Source of the DNA: Clostridia bacterium
GTDB taxonomy: Bacteria; Bacillota; Clostridia; Christensenellales; Borkfalkiaceae
Assembly (NCBI GenBank): GCA_900764105.1
Contig: CAAFMS010000013.1
Coordinates: 28,445-92,444 of the forward strand
Direction: 5' to 3'
DNA length: 64,000 bases
Position numbers and translations under genes: made by a program. Every line of letters starts with the position of its first letter. Position 1 is the first letter of the stretch. Below the pieces are notes generated by a model, which was not told where the DNA came from, made no database searches, and was given only the letters and a program-made list of their open reading frames with translations. This document shows, piece by piece, positions 1 to 9,513 of the stretch.

Positions 1-867
1 GGTCTCGGAGACTTGCTCGACGAGGTATGCTCGCATTTCAAACAAGTCGAGACCGAAGAGGAAGAGGACAGACTTAAAATAGCGATAGTCGGCAAGCCGA
101 ACGCGGGTAAATCGAGACTTACGAACGCTCTTTTAGGCTACGACAGAACGATAGTTTCGGACATTGCGGGAACGACGAGAGACGCGATAGACACGCCGCT
201 CGACGTTGACGGAAAGAAATACACGCTCATAGATACGGCGGGAATAAGAAGAAAGCGTTCGGTGTCGGAAGATTTGGAGTATTACAGCGTTTTAAGGTCG
301 TTCGCAGCGATTAGAAGAGCGGACGTGTGCCTTATAGTTATAGACGCTTTCGAAGGTCTTACCGAGCAGGATGTGAAAATCGCCGGCTACGTTCACGAAC
401 AGGGCAAGCCGTCGATTATAGTAATGAACAAGTGGGATAAGGTCGAAAAAGACACGCATACGATAAACGAGTTCGAGAAAAAGATACAAACCGACCTCGC
501 GTTTATGGACTATTATAAGTCGATATATATATCCGCGAAAAACGGGCAGAGGACGAACAAACTTTTCGGGCTTTGCGAAGAGGTTTACGCGAATGCAGGC
601 AAGAGAATAACGACGGGAACGCTCAACGACGTAATTTCGGACGCGGTAAGGGCAAACGAACCGCCCACGAAGAACGGCAGGAGACTAAAAATATACTACG
701 CGGTACAGGACGGAGTGTATCCGCCGACGTTCATACTCTTTGTAAATTCGCAGGATTTGATGCATTTCTCATACAAGAGGTATATAGAAAACACGATAAG
801 AAAGACTTTCGGGTTCGAGGGAACTCCGATAAGGATATTTATACACGAGAAACAGGAAGATAATTAA
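1..867 (+). CDS. der: GTPase Der/EngA, C-terminal part (second GTPase domain plus KH domain). The 5' end lies upstream of the window.
   Basis: Walker A GKPNAGKS, G2/G3 TTRD...DTAGIRR and NKWD G4 motifs; KH-like C-terminus. The ORF frame is open from position 1. Confidence 0.85.
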   Translation, partial: GLGDLLDEVCSHFKQVETEEEEDRLKIAIVGKPNAGKSRLTNALLGYDRTIVSDIAGTTRDAIDTPLDVDGKKYTLIDTAGIRRKRSVSEDLEYYSVLRSFAAIRRADVCLIVIDAFEGLTEQDVKIAGYVHEQGKPSIIVMNKWDKVEKDTHTINEFEKKIQTDLAFMDYYKSIYISAKNGQRTNKLFGLCEEVYANAGKRITTGTLNDVISDAVRANEPPTKNGRRLKIYYAVQDGVYPPTFILFVNSQDLMHFSYKRYIENTIRKTFGFEGTPIRIFIHEKQEDN

Positions 868-996
868 CCGAATGTAAAAGCCTACCGTTGTTTAGCGGTA
901 GGCTTTTCGTATATGTAATAATAGCGGTTAGTCGTCGTATAAGTCGGTTAACTCGCAATTTGCGATGTATAAAATAAAGGGGCTGTAAAAAACTAT

Positions 997-1173
997 CGGG
1001 ACGTCGAGGCGCCGTCCCCTACGGCAAACTTATTATATATTCATATTAAAGGATTTTTGTTGATAGCGTTTTGTTATTCGGCAATCTTCCTTTATTGAGT
1101 TATTTGTCGAAGAATTTAAATCGCGCAACTTTTTATCTTAAATAATCGTAGGGGACGGCGCCTCGACGTCCCG
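997..1173. mobile_element. MITE-like hairpin repeat, family A copy A1 (about 177 bp, AT-rich core between 27-bp inverted termini).
   Basis: Terminus cgggacgtcgaggcgccgtcccctacg at 997-1023 and its reverse complement at 1147-1173. The same termini recur at 11498-11673 and 41624-41833. Confidence 0.6.
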
Positions 1174-1259
1174 CTGTTTACGGCTACTTTTTATTTAGTC
1201 GCTAAGTAATAACAATAACTCGGCGTATAAGTCGATTAGCTCGCATTTTGTATAAATAA

Positions 1260-1305
1260 TGACCCCGATATTTTTACATTTGCAAAAATATCGGGGTTTT
1301 TCATT
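1260..1305 (+). terminator. Rho-independent terminator-like hairpin followed by a T-tract.
   Basis: Stem ccccgatattttt / aaaaatatcgggg (loop acatttgc) followed by tttttcatttttt. Confidence 0.5.
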
Positions 1306-1342
1306 TTTTAATCAGGTTCTGTCGTTGCTTTGTTTAAAAATG

Positions 1343-1531
1343 TTACGTTTCGTCGATTTTGTCTTTACAGACGTACTTTCCGCTTTTGTTGTGCGTTCTG
1401 ACGCATTCCGTGAGCAAATATTCGATCTGTCCGTTTAAAGACCTGAAATCGTTTTCAGCCCATTTCGTAAGTTCGGCGAACAGTTCTTCGCTTATTCTGA
1501 GCGGAACTTGCTTTTTCTTTCCGTCGCCCAT
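1343..1531 (-). CDS. Ribbon-helix-helix (CopG/Arc/MetJ-like) small DNA-binding protein.
   Basis: 62 aa; PLRISEELFAELTKWAENDFRSLNGQIEYLL resembles an RHH antitoxin/repressor fold. Its start overlaps the stop of the upstream SPFH gene, which suggests translational coupling. Confidence 0.5.
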   Translation of the reverse strand: MGDGKKKQVPLRISEELFAELTKWAENDFRSLNGQIEYLLTECVRTHNKSGKYVCKDKIDET

Positions 1532-1532
1532 C

Positions 1533-2561
1533 TCAATAGAGACTTCCCGAATTTACTATGGGCTGAGCGTCGCGGTTGCCGCAGAGTACCACCAGAAGAT
1601 TTGAAACCATCGCGGCTTTTCTCTCTTCGTCGAGATTGACCGTTCCGTGTTCTTTAAGCCTTTCGAGAGCCATTTCGACCATTCCGACCGCGCCGTCGAC
1701 AATCATTTTTCTCGCGTCGATAACCGCCGAAGCCTGCTGGCGTTGAAGCATTACCGCCGCTATTTCGGGAGCGTAAGCAAGATAGGTTATGCGAGCTTCC
1801 ACTATTTCGAGTCCCGCGATTTCGACCCTCGACTGTATTTCCTTTTTAATTCTGTCCGCAACGACTTCGCTCGAACCTCTTAAACTTCCTTCGTCGGCTA
1901 AGCCGTCGCCCGTCGTATCTACGTTGGGGGCGATGTCGTAAGGATAAATTCTGACGATATTACGAAGCGCGCTGTCGCATTGAAGCGAGAGGTATTCTTT
2001 ATAGTTGTCTACGCAAAAAGCCGCTTTTGCCGTGTCAACGACTTTCCAAGTTACCGCTATTCCTATTTCCACGGGGTTGCCGAGGCAATCGTTTATCTTC
2101 TGACGGTTGTTGTTGAGCGTCATAAGTTTTAACGATATTTTCTTGTTCGGCATACCTACGTTTACCGAAGTTCCGTCTCCTTTAACGGTAGCGGCGGGCG
2201 CGACGGTTTTTACGTCTCCGCTTTGATTGAGTTTCGTATCTGAAGCGGGGTTGACTGCCGAGCAGAACGGATTTACCGAGTAAAACCCTTCGCCTTTTAT
2301 CGTGCCTATGTATTTTCCGAACAGAGTAAGAACCAACGCTTCCTGCGGTTTCAATACTCTAAGTCCGGCGAACATAAATAACGAAATAAGCATAACGATA
2401 ATCGAGACGGGGATAAGTACGAACCCGACCGCCGGAAAATAGTTTTTTTCAATCATACTTCCGCCGACCGCAATGCCGATTATGCCTGCGATTATAAGGG
2501 TAATACCCGTTAAAAGGGCGCGCATACCGTGTTTTTTGCCTTTTAAAACTTTTTCTTCCAT
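1533..2561 (-). CDS. SPFH/band-7 (stomatin/prohibitin-like) membrane protein.
   Basis: N-terminal TM helix followed by an SPFH domain (LKPQEALVLTLFGKY...). 342 aa. Confidence 0.7.
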   Translation of the reverse strand: MEEKVLKGKKHGMRALLTGITLIIAGIIGIAVGGSMIEKNYFPAVGFVLIPVSIIVMLISLFMFAGLRVLKPQEALVLTLFGKYIGTIKGEGFYSVNPFCSAVNPASDTKLNQSGDVKTVAPAATVKGDGTSVNVGMPNKKISLKLMTLNNNRQKINDCLGNPVEIGIAVTWKVVDTAKAAFCVDNYKEYLSLQCDSALRNIVRIYPYDIAPNVDTTGDGLADEGSLRGSSEVVADRIKKEIQSRVEIAGLEIVEARITYLAYAPEIAAVMLQRQQASAVIDARKMIVDGAVGMVEMALERLKEHGTVNLDEERKAAMVSNLLVVLCGNRDAQPIVNSGSLY

Positions 2562-2670
2562 CGAATAATCCTCCGAAATTGTTTTGATATCATAATGATA
2601 TCATAAATTTCGGAGGATGTCAATAAAAATATGAAATTTTAAGAAATAAATTCTGATGTCTGAGGGTTGA

Positions 2671-4347
2671 TTATTTTTTCGGTATCGTCACCGTCACTTT
2701 CGTTCCCGAGCCGAGTTTGCTTTCAAACGTTATTTTCGCTTCGTATATTTCGCAAACGTGTTTCACTATCGCAAGTCCGAGACCCGTGCCGCCGGACTCT
2801 CGAGAACGCGATTTGTCCACACGGTAAAACCTCTCGAATATGCGGTCGATATGCTTTTCTTCGACGCCTATTCCGTCGTCCTCGACAACGAGCCTGACTT
2901 CCGCTTCGCTTTCGGAAACGCTCGCTTTGACGTGTCCGCCTTTTTCGTTGTACCTTATTCCGTTTTCCATAAGGTTTTTGACGAGTTCTACGGCGTGTTC
3001 TTTTTCCATTTCGACCGTTCCGTCGCCGCTGACTTCGACCGTTACGCCCTTTTCGTCCGCTATTGCCGACAGGCTTTCTTTTACGTCTCTCGCAACCAAG
3101 CCGAGGTCAATCGCCTCGGGCGTTATTTTTCTGCCGCTTTCGAGTTTGGATAAGTCGAGCATATCGTTTAGTAAACTTACTATTCTCGCGACTTCTTTTT
3201 CTATTTTGAGCGACAGTTTTTTTGCGTTATCGTCGGTCGTTTGTAAGGCTATAAGTTCGTTAAAGCCTTTAATTGCGGTGAGAGGAGTTTTAAGTTCGTG
3301 CGAGGCGTTCGCGAAAAACTCGCTTCTCGTTTTCTCGGCGTTTTTAACCGCCGTAATGTCCGAAAGGACTATTACCGCGAAGCCCTTTTCGAGAAGTTCT
3401 GCGGAAACGATAAACGTTTTGCCGTCCGTTCCGAGTTCGAACGGGCGTATTTTTTCGCCTTTTAATACGCTCGCCACGCCGTCGTTAAAGGTTTTGTCGG
3501 AAGTAAGAACAGAGAAGTCTTTGCCCGCCGCTTCGTTTATCGGGAAGATATTTGCCGCTATCTTGTTTACGCTTTCGATTTTTCCGTCGCTTTCGAGTAC
3601 TATTATTCCGTCTGAAATATTGTCGAGTATATAGTCGAGCCGATCCTTTTCGCTCTTCGCTTCCGCGATACTCTTTGAGAGTCTTATACTTATCTCGTCG
3701 ATTTCCGTGAGCGTTTCGTTTATGTCGTCGTCGCCCGATCTCGGGACGCTTTCCGTATAATTGCCGTTCCGTATAGACCTTATTTTATCCCTCACGTCTC
3801 TGAGCGGTTTTACGAGCGAGTTGGCAACGAGAATACTTGCTATATAAGATATGAAAAGCGAGACTATAAGCGCGTAAACGAGGCTCGGAACGGTTTTCAG
3901 AACGTATTCGTTCACGCTTTCGACGGCTATTGCGGTACGGATAAATACAAAGTCGTTCTCGCTCGTATCCGCCTTAACGGCGTAATAGACCATCGTTTTT
4001 TTAAGGGTGTCGCTATATCTTATCGCCGCCTTCGGATTACCTGCGAACGCCGCTTGTATTTCGGGTCTTAAAAGGTGATTTTCCGCTAATTCTTCTTTTT
4101 TGCTGTCGCCTAAAACCTTACCTTCTTTGTCGATTACGGTAAGTCGTACTTCTTCGGGTACGCTCTTTACTATTTCGTCGATTTTAGTTTCGTCGAACAG
4201 AGAAGAGTAGGCTTCCGCCAAGGTCTTAACCTCGGCTTCCGCCGCTTTTTCGTGCGACGATTTGTTAAGCGTTATCCCCGAAATAAATACGACGAGTAAG
4301 GAAAGCGTTACTATTACAATGTTAAAAATTAAAAATTTCTTTTTCAT
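2671..4347 (-). CDS. phoR: Phosphate regulon sensor histidine kinase, PhoR-like.
   Basis: Two TM segments, HAMP and PAS regions, HisKA H-box FFANASHELKTPLTAIKGF and HATPase GGTGLGLAIVKHV. Last gene of the pst-phoU-phoP operon. Confidence 0.8.
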   Translation of the reverse strand: MKKKFLIFNIVIVTLSLLVVFISGITLNKSSHEKAAEAEVKTLAEAYSSLFDETKIDEIVKSVPEEVRLTVIDKEGKVLGDSKKEELAENHLLRPEIQAAFAGNPKAAIRYSDTLKKTMVYYAVKADTSENDFVFIRTAIAVESVNEYVLKTVPSLVYALIVSLFISYIASILVANSLVKPLRDVRDKIRSIRNGNYTESVPRSGDDDINETLTEIDEISIRLSKSIAEAKSEKDRLDYILDNISDGIIVLESDGKIESVNKIAANIFPINEAAGKDFSVLTSDKTFNDGVASVLKGEKIRPFELGTDGKTFIVSAELLEKGFAVIVLSDITAVKNAEKTRSEFFANASHELKTPLTAIKGFNELIALQTTDDNAKKLSLKIEKEVARIVSLLNDMLDLSKLESGRKITPEAIDLGLVARDVKESLSAIADEKGVTVEVSGDGTVEMEKEHAVELVKNLMENGIRYNEKGGHVKASVSESEAEVRLVVEDDGIGVEEKHIDRIFERFYRVDKSRSRESGGTGLGLAIVKHVCEIYEAKITFESKLGSGTKVTVTIPKK

Positions 4348-5015
4348 ACTATTTTATAACCCACGCCGCGTATGGTTGCGATTTTCGCTCCCGAGTCGGC
4401 AATAATTTTTCTGAGCGTACCGACGTGAATGTCGAGAGTTCTCGTTTCGCCGTAGTTTTCGCCCCACACTTTATCTAAAATATCGTCTCTCGGCAATACT
4501 TTTTGAGGCTCGGAAACGAGCAGTTTTAAAAGTTCGTACTGTTTAAGCGTAAGTTCTTTGACCTTGCCGTTTATCGTTACCGTTCTTTCGTCGTCGTTTA
4601 TGGTTATTCCTTTATACGAAATCACGTTTGCGACGGGTGTGGACTTTCTTAACTTCGCCTTTATTCTCGCAATCAGTTCCAGAACGCCGAACGGCTTAGA
4701 GATGTAGTCGTCCGCGCCGAGGTCGAGACCCCTCACTTTGTCTATTTCGGTTGTTTTCGCAGATACCATAATGACGGGAACGTTCGCCGTCTTAGGGCTT
4801 GCTTTAAGCCTTGAAAGTATCTCGTATCCGTCCTCCCCGTCGAGCATAATATCGAGGATAATCAACCTCGGCAGGGACTTTTCGATTGCGATGAACAATT
4901 CTTCGCCGCATGAAAAGCACTCGGGGGTGAAGCCCGCGCTTATAAGAGCGTACCTGTATACTTCCCGAATAGAAGTTTCGTCGTCTACCGCGTAAATGAG
5001 AGTCTGGTTTTCCAT
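4344..5015 (-). CDS. phoP: OmpR-family response regulator, PhoP/PhoB-like.
   Basis: Receiver domain (LIYAVDDE...D) plus a winged-helix C-terminus. Start chosen at MENQTLIY, with GGAGAT 6 nt upstream; the ORF track extends to 5042. ATGA overlap with phoR. Confidence 0.8.
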   Translation of the reverse strand: MENQTLIYAVDDETSIREVYRYALISAGFTPECFSCGEELFIAIEKSLPRLIILDIMLDGEDGYEILSRLKASPKTANVPVIMVSAKTTEIDKVRGLDLGADDYISKPFGVLELIARIKAKLRKSTPVANVISYKGITINDDERTVTINGKVKELTLKQYELLKLLVSEPQKVLPRDDILDKVWGENYGETRTLDIHVGTLRKIIADSGAKIATIRGVGYKIV

Positions 5016-5068
5016 TTTAAATCTCCGTTCGGCAGCGAACAATTAAAACGCTTAAAGTTGCTGTCGAT

Positions 5069-5722
5069 TTATCCTATTTTATGATACCCCGTGGCGGCGT
5101 ACTCCGCCCATTCGCCGATGTTCACGGCGTGGTCGCCTATCCTTTCGAGGTATTTCGCTATCATCATAAACAAAATCGCCTGATCTGCGTTGGCGGAGTT
5201 TTGCTTTATCAGTTCGATAAGGTCGGTTTTTATCGTCTCGAACAATTCGTCCACCTTGTCGTCCCGTTTGTCAAGCCCTCTCGCCGTGTCGAGGTCTCTG
5301 TTTATATAACTTAAAACCCCGTCTTTTACCATACCTATGACGAGTTTTGCCATAAGTTCGATATGTTCGGGTTTTTTTATGAATTTCTCGCCCTTGAATT
5401 GCAGAGTAATCTCGCTTATGTCCGCCGCCTGATCGGCTATTCTTTCAAGGTCGGTTATCATTTTGAGCGCCGCCGAAACCTCTCTGAAATCGCCCGCGAC
5501 GGGGTGTTCGAGAAGCAGGATTTTCAAACAGTCCTGTTCTATTTCTCTTTCGAGTCCGTCCACGTTCTTATCGTCCGCCATAACTTCTTTCGCAAGGTCG
5601 GCGTTCTGCGTTTTCAAAGCGTTTATCGACTTTTCGATTGCGAGTTCCGCCTCGTGGCACATTTTTACGAGTTTGTTGAAAACGAGGTTCAGTTCGTTTT
5701 CGTACTTGTTTCTTATACTCAT
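5069..5722 (-). CDS. phoU: Phosphate transport system regulator PhoU.
   Basis: 217 aa with the duplicated PhoU helical-domain pattern. Sits between pstB and phoP. Confidence 0.8.
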   Translation of the reverse strand: MSIRNKYENELNLVFNKLVKMCHEAELAIEKSINALKTQNADLAKEVMADDKNVDGLEREIEQDCLKILLLEHPVAGDFREVSAALKMITDLERIADQAADISEITLQFKGEKFIKKPEHIELMAKLVIGMVKDGVLSYINRDLDTARGLDKRDDKVDELFETIKTDLIELIKQNSANADQAILFMMIAKYLERIGDHAVNIGEWAEYAATGYHKIG

Positions 5723-5790
5723 AGTATACCTTCTTTTTCTCCTTTTTTCAAGCGTTTGGATAAAGTTCCCTATTATTCTTATTCGGCGTA

Positions 5791-6573
5791 TTAACCGAAT
5801 CTTCCCGTGATGTAGTTTTCCGTGCGTTTGTCCTCGGGCGACGAGAATATCTTTTCGGTATCGCCGTATTCGATGAGTTCGCCGAGCAGGAAGTACGCCG
5901 TTTTATCGGCTATTCTCGTAGCCTGCTGCATATTGTGCGTTACTATTATAATAGTAAGGTCCTTTTTGAGGTCTTCCATAAGTTCCTCTATTTTTCCCGT
6001 CGAAATGGGGTCGAGGGCGGAAGTCGGTTCGTCCATTAAAAGTATTTCGGGGTTTGCGGCGAGAGATCTCGCTATGCAGAGCCTCTGTTGCTGACCGCCG
6101 CTCATTCCGAGCGCGTTTTTGGAAAGTTTATCCTTTACTTCTTCCCAAATACTCGCCTTTTTAAGCGAGGTTTCTACTATTTCGTCGAGTTGACTTTTTT
6201 TCGTTATGCCGAAGGTTCTCGGAGCGAACGCAACGTTGTCGTATACGGAAGAAGGGAAGGGGTTGGGTTTCTGAAAGACCATTCCCACGTTTTTGCGGAG
6301 CAGATTGACGTCTACGCTTTTGTCGTAAATATCGAGACCGCCGATTTTAAATTCGCCCGTGATTTTACACCCCTCTATGAGGTCGTTCATACGGTTGAAG
6401 CACTTTAAAAAGGTTGACTTTCCGCAACCCGACGGTCCTATAAAAGCCGTAACTTTCTTCTCGGGAATTTCTATCGAAACGTTTTTCAGGGCTTTGAAGT
6501 CGCCGTACCACAGTTCCGCGTTTTTCACGCTGACGTCGCCGCCGTATTTAATGTTTATATCGTTCTTTTTCAT
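5791..6573 (-). CDS. pstB: Phosphate ABC transporter ATP-binding protein PstB.
   Basis: Walker [10 protein letters not shown], signature LSGGQQQRL, Walker [13 protein letters not shown]. The real start [12 protein letters not shown] at 6573 gives 260 aa. The 400-aa ORF in the track is an upstream run-on into pstCA. Confidence 0.9.
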   Translation of the reverse strand: MKKNDINIKYGGDVSVKNAELWYGDFKALKNVSIEIPEKKVTAFIGPSGCGKSTFLKCFNRMNDLIEGCKITGEFKIGGLDIYDKSVDVNLLRKNVGMVFQKPNPFPSSVYDNVAFAPRTFGITKKSQLDEIVETSLKKASIWEEVKDKLSKNALGMSGGQQQRLCIARSLAANPEILLMDEPTSALDPISTGKIEELMEDLKKDLTIIIVTHNMQQATRIADKTAYFLLGELIEYGDTEKIFSSPEDKRTENYITGRFG

Positions 6574-8408
6574 TTTGTTTTCCTTTGCAATTTCGTAGCG
6601 AGTACTTCTGCTAAGAGGTTTAAAAGAAGTACTATTACTATAAGAACTACCGCTGCGGCGTAAGCCTCGCTTAAATGCCAGCCCTCTCTCGAAAGGTTGT
6701 AAAGCGCGACCGCGAGCGTCGCTCCGCTGTCCGTAACAGACTTCGGGGTTGCGGATATTACCGAACCCATGGTGTATACGAACGGCGCGGACTCGCTTAC
6801 GATTCTGCCCGTCGCGAGTATTATCGCCGATAAAATACCGGGGAGCGCGGACGGCAGAACTATTTTGAATATCGTCCTTACCTTTCCCGTTCCGAGAGCG
6901 TAACTTCCTTCTCTCAGTCCGTCCGGTACCGATTTCAGACTTTCCTCTACCGAGCGGACTATCGTCGGAAGAAGCATCATCGAGATAGTGCATACGCCTG
7001 CTATTATGCTCGACGAACCCGTGAAGAATTTGACGAAGGTTATCATACCGAAAAGTCCGTACACAATCGACGGAACGCCGCTTAAAACGTCTATCGAAAC
7101 CCTTATTATCCGTATAAGCGGATTTTTCGCGTTCGCGTACTCGTTTAAGAAAATCGCCGCCGAGATGCCTATCGGGACAGAGATTAAAAGACTTAATCCG
7201 ACCGTGTAAAGGGTGGTCATAATCGAGGGGAGTATGGTTACGTTTTTGCTTCCGTACTCGTATCTGCCGTATATTATAGACGGGTTTTTGATTAGTTCGG
7301 GAACGCCTTTATAAAAGACGAAACCGACGACAACGAAGAGCGTAAGTCCCGCTATAAGTCCGTTAATTACGGAAATATACTTTTTTGCTTCCGAATATTT
7401 CGGGCTGAACGATAACCCTTTTACCTTGTCGTTTAACTTCTTGAAAAATTCCGAAACGGGATTTATTTTGCGGATTTTATCCGCCGCCTTTTCCTTTTTC
7501 TTCGTCGAACGTTTTACAGCCGAAGTAACTACCTTGCCCGACACGAGGTTGAACGCTGTATTGATCAAAAGCACGAATACGAGAAGAACTACGCCCGTCG
7601 CTATCAACGCTCCTTGTTGCAAATCGCCCGCGTATCCCATTTCGAGAACTATATTCGCCGTCAGCACTCTGAACGAAGAGAAGAACCCTTCGGGGTATGC
7701 GACCGAGTTGCCCGCTACCATTATTACCGCCATCGTCTCGCCCAAGGCTCTGCCCGTGCCGAGAATGAGCGAAGCGGTGATGCCCGATTTTGCAGACGGG
7801 GAGAGTATTTTGAATATCGCCTGAGACTTTGTCGAACCCATAGCGACCGCTCCTTCGTAATATGTTTTCGGCACGGCTTCGAGGCTCGTTTTCGAGAGCG
7901 ACACTACCGTGGGAAGTATCATCACGCCGAGAATTATCGAGGTGGCGAGCAGTCCGCTACCGTTGTTCGGGGCGATTTTCGCGAGCAGGGGAAGAAGAAA
8001 CGTTATTCCGAAAAATCCGTATACTACCGAGGGTATTCCCGCAAGCAGATTTATTACCGCCGAAAAGGGACGTTTGACTATTTTCGGACAGTAGAAAGCG
8101 AGGAAAATCGCCGTGAAGTAGCCGATTATGCCGCCGATTAAAACCGCGCCCGTCGTCGCGGCGAGCGTGCCGACTATCATTTTGAATATTCCGTAACTTC
8201 CGGAAACGTCGCCCGTAAAACCGTCCTCTCTGTTTGGCGCCCAGTTGCTGCCGAACAGGAAATCGAAGAATCCGATTTTAATCAGGGCGGGGACGCTTTT
8301 TATTATCAGAAAACCGAATATTGCGACGACCGAAATCGTACACACGATAGCCGCCGCCGCAAATATTCCTTTTCCGATTTTTTCTTTTATCCTTTGAAAA
8401 CCGAACAT
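6570..8408 (-). CDS. pstCA: Fused phosphate ABC transporter permease PstC-PstA.
   Basis: 612 aa with two consecutive permease halves, each carrying an EAA-like loop ([15 protein letters not shown]... and [16 protein letters not shown]...). Overlaps the pstB start by 4 nt. Confidence 0.8.
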   Translation of the reverse strand: MFGFQRIKEKIGKGIFAAAAIVCTISVVAIFGFLIIKSVPALIKIGFFDFLFGSNWAPNREDGFTGDVSGSYGIFKMIVGTLAATTGAVLIGGIIGYFTAIFLAFYCPKIVKRPFSAVINLLAGIPSVVYGFFGITFLLPLLAKIAPNNGSGLLATSIILGVMILPTVVSLSKTSLEAVPKTYYEGAVAMGSTKSQAIFKILSPSAKSGITASLILGTGRALGETMAVIMVAGNSVAYPEGFFSSFRVLTANIVLEMGYAGDLQQGALIATGVVLLVFVLLINTAFNLVSGKVVTSAVKRSTKKKEKAADKIRKINPVSEFFKKLNDKVKGLSFSPKYSEAKKYISVINGLIAGLTLFVVVGFVFYKGVPELIKNPSIIYGRYEYGSKNVTILPSIMTTLYTVGLSLLISVPIGISAAIFLNEYANAKNPLIRIIRVSIDVLSGVPSIVYGLFGMITFVKFFTGSSSIIAGVCTISMMLLPTIVRSVEESLKSVPDGLREGSYALGTGKVRTIFKIVLPSALPGILSAIILATGRIVSESAPFVYTMGSVISATPKSVTDSGATLAVALYNLSREGWHLSEAYAAAVVLIVIVLLLNLLAEVLATKLQRKTK

Positions 8409-8412
8409 TTCT

Positions 8413-9402
8413 TTATTTGATTTCCGAGAATTTAACTATTTTTCCCGTGTATATGTCGTAGAGGTTCTTTATCGTGAGATTGTCTGCTTTGTCGTTTTTG
8501 TTGTTTACGATTACCGCTACCGCGTCGAGACAGAGGTTGAAACTGTTCAGTTTTTCGTCTTTGACTGCCGCCGAAGAGAGACCTATTACGTTTCCTACCG
8601 TATCCTTTTTAGCCTCGGATTTACCGACCGAAGAACCCTGAAGTTGTTTGTCTACTATGTTGCCCGGTTCTACTCCGTAGATTGCCGCGTAAGCCTTGAC
8701 CGCTCCGTCGATAACCTTTTCCATAGAGGTCGAACCTCTGAGTACTATCTTTCCGCTCGGAATGGTTGCGAGTTTTTCAAACGTTCCGACCGCTATCGGG
8801 GTTTCGCCCTCGTTCGCTCTTTTCGCCTCGTCGGTGAGGAATATTACGCCGTCGGCGTCGCAAACCGCCTGCATTTCCGAACTCTTTAAGAATTTAAGAA
8901 AGTCTTCTGCGAGCGGAGTAAGCGTTACCGCTTTGTTGGTCATTACCACGAAAGGTCTCTGTATGGAGTACGTTCCGTCTAAAACGGTCGCCTTGCTCGG
9001 TGTAACCCCGTTTACTTTTACTACTTTAACGGTATCGTCTACCGAACCGAGAGAGATATAACCGATTGCGTTTTTGTCGCTCGCTACCGAGGATAAAACC
9101 GCGCCCGTTCCGTCTAAAAGAGTTGCTTTGGAAGTGGTCGAGTAAACAGTCTTGCCGTTCGCGTCTTTCATGTTGAGGAAGTTGCCGTTGCCGTCCGTTA
9201 CTACTTTGTCGAACGCTTCTCTCGTGCCGCTCGCCTGTTCTCTCGCGATTACCGTGATGTTTTTTTCTTTGGTTTCGCTATTGCCGTTGCCGCTGTCGTT
9301 GTTTCCGCAAGCCGTGAATGCGAAAAGGGAAACGCACGCTATCGCTAGAGCGATGATTGCCATAAATTTCTTTTTCATTTCTTTTTTATCTCCTTTTTTC
9401 AT
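8413..9402 (-). CDS. pstS: Phosphate-binding lipoprotein PstS.
   Basis: Lipoprotein signal ending ...FAFTACGNN and a periplasmic phosphate-binding fold. AAGGAGAT RBS 7 nt upstream. First gene of the operon. Confidence 0.8.
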   Translation of the reverse strand: MKKGDKKEMKKKFMAIIALAIACVSLFAFTACGNNDSGNGNSETKEKNITVIAREQASGTREAFDKVVTDGNGNFLNMKDANGKTVYSTTSKATLLDGTGAVLSSVASDKNAIGYISLGSVDDTVKVVKVNGVTPSKATVLDGTYSIQRPFVVMTNKAVTLTPLAEDFLKFLKSSEMQAVCDADGVIFLTDEAKRANEGETPIAVGTFEKLATIPSGKIVLRGSTSMEKVIDGAVKAYAAIYGVEPGNIVDKQLQGSSVGKSEAKKDTVGNVIGLSSAAVKDEKLNSFNLCLDAVAVIVNNKNDKADNLTIKNLYDIYTGKIVKFSEIK

Positions 9403-9484
9403 TTTACACCCTTATTATACCCCCGCCGAAAAAATTTAACAGTCCGAATTTCGTAAAACAAACGTAAAGTTTTCGTAAAGTCGA

Positions 9485-9513
9485 TTGATTAAATTCGCGA
9501 AAGGTTGTATAAT
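9485..9513 (+). promoter_or_regulatory. Sigma-A-type promoter for the polymerase gene; the transcript may be leaderless.
   Basis: ttgatt, 17 nt, then tataat. The -10 box lies inside the first codons of the annotated ORF. The second ATG at 9520 is then only about 7 nt downstream. Confidence 0.4.

Noticed and set aside
5791-6993. 400-aa ORF annotated for pstB with a 140-residue R/G-rich N-terminal extension
   Set aside because: The extension overlaps the 3' end of pstCA in another frame. The ABC domain starts at MKKNDINIK (6573), which gives a normal 260-aa PstB with the usual ATGA overlap.
7426-8141. Several 60-175-aa ORFs on the + strand within pstCA
   Set aside because: They are antisense to a well-supported transporter gene and R-rich with no start context.
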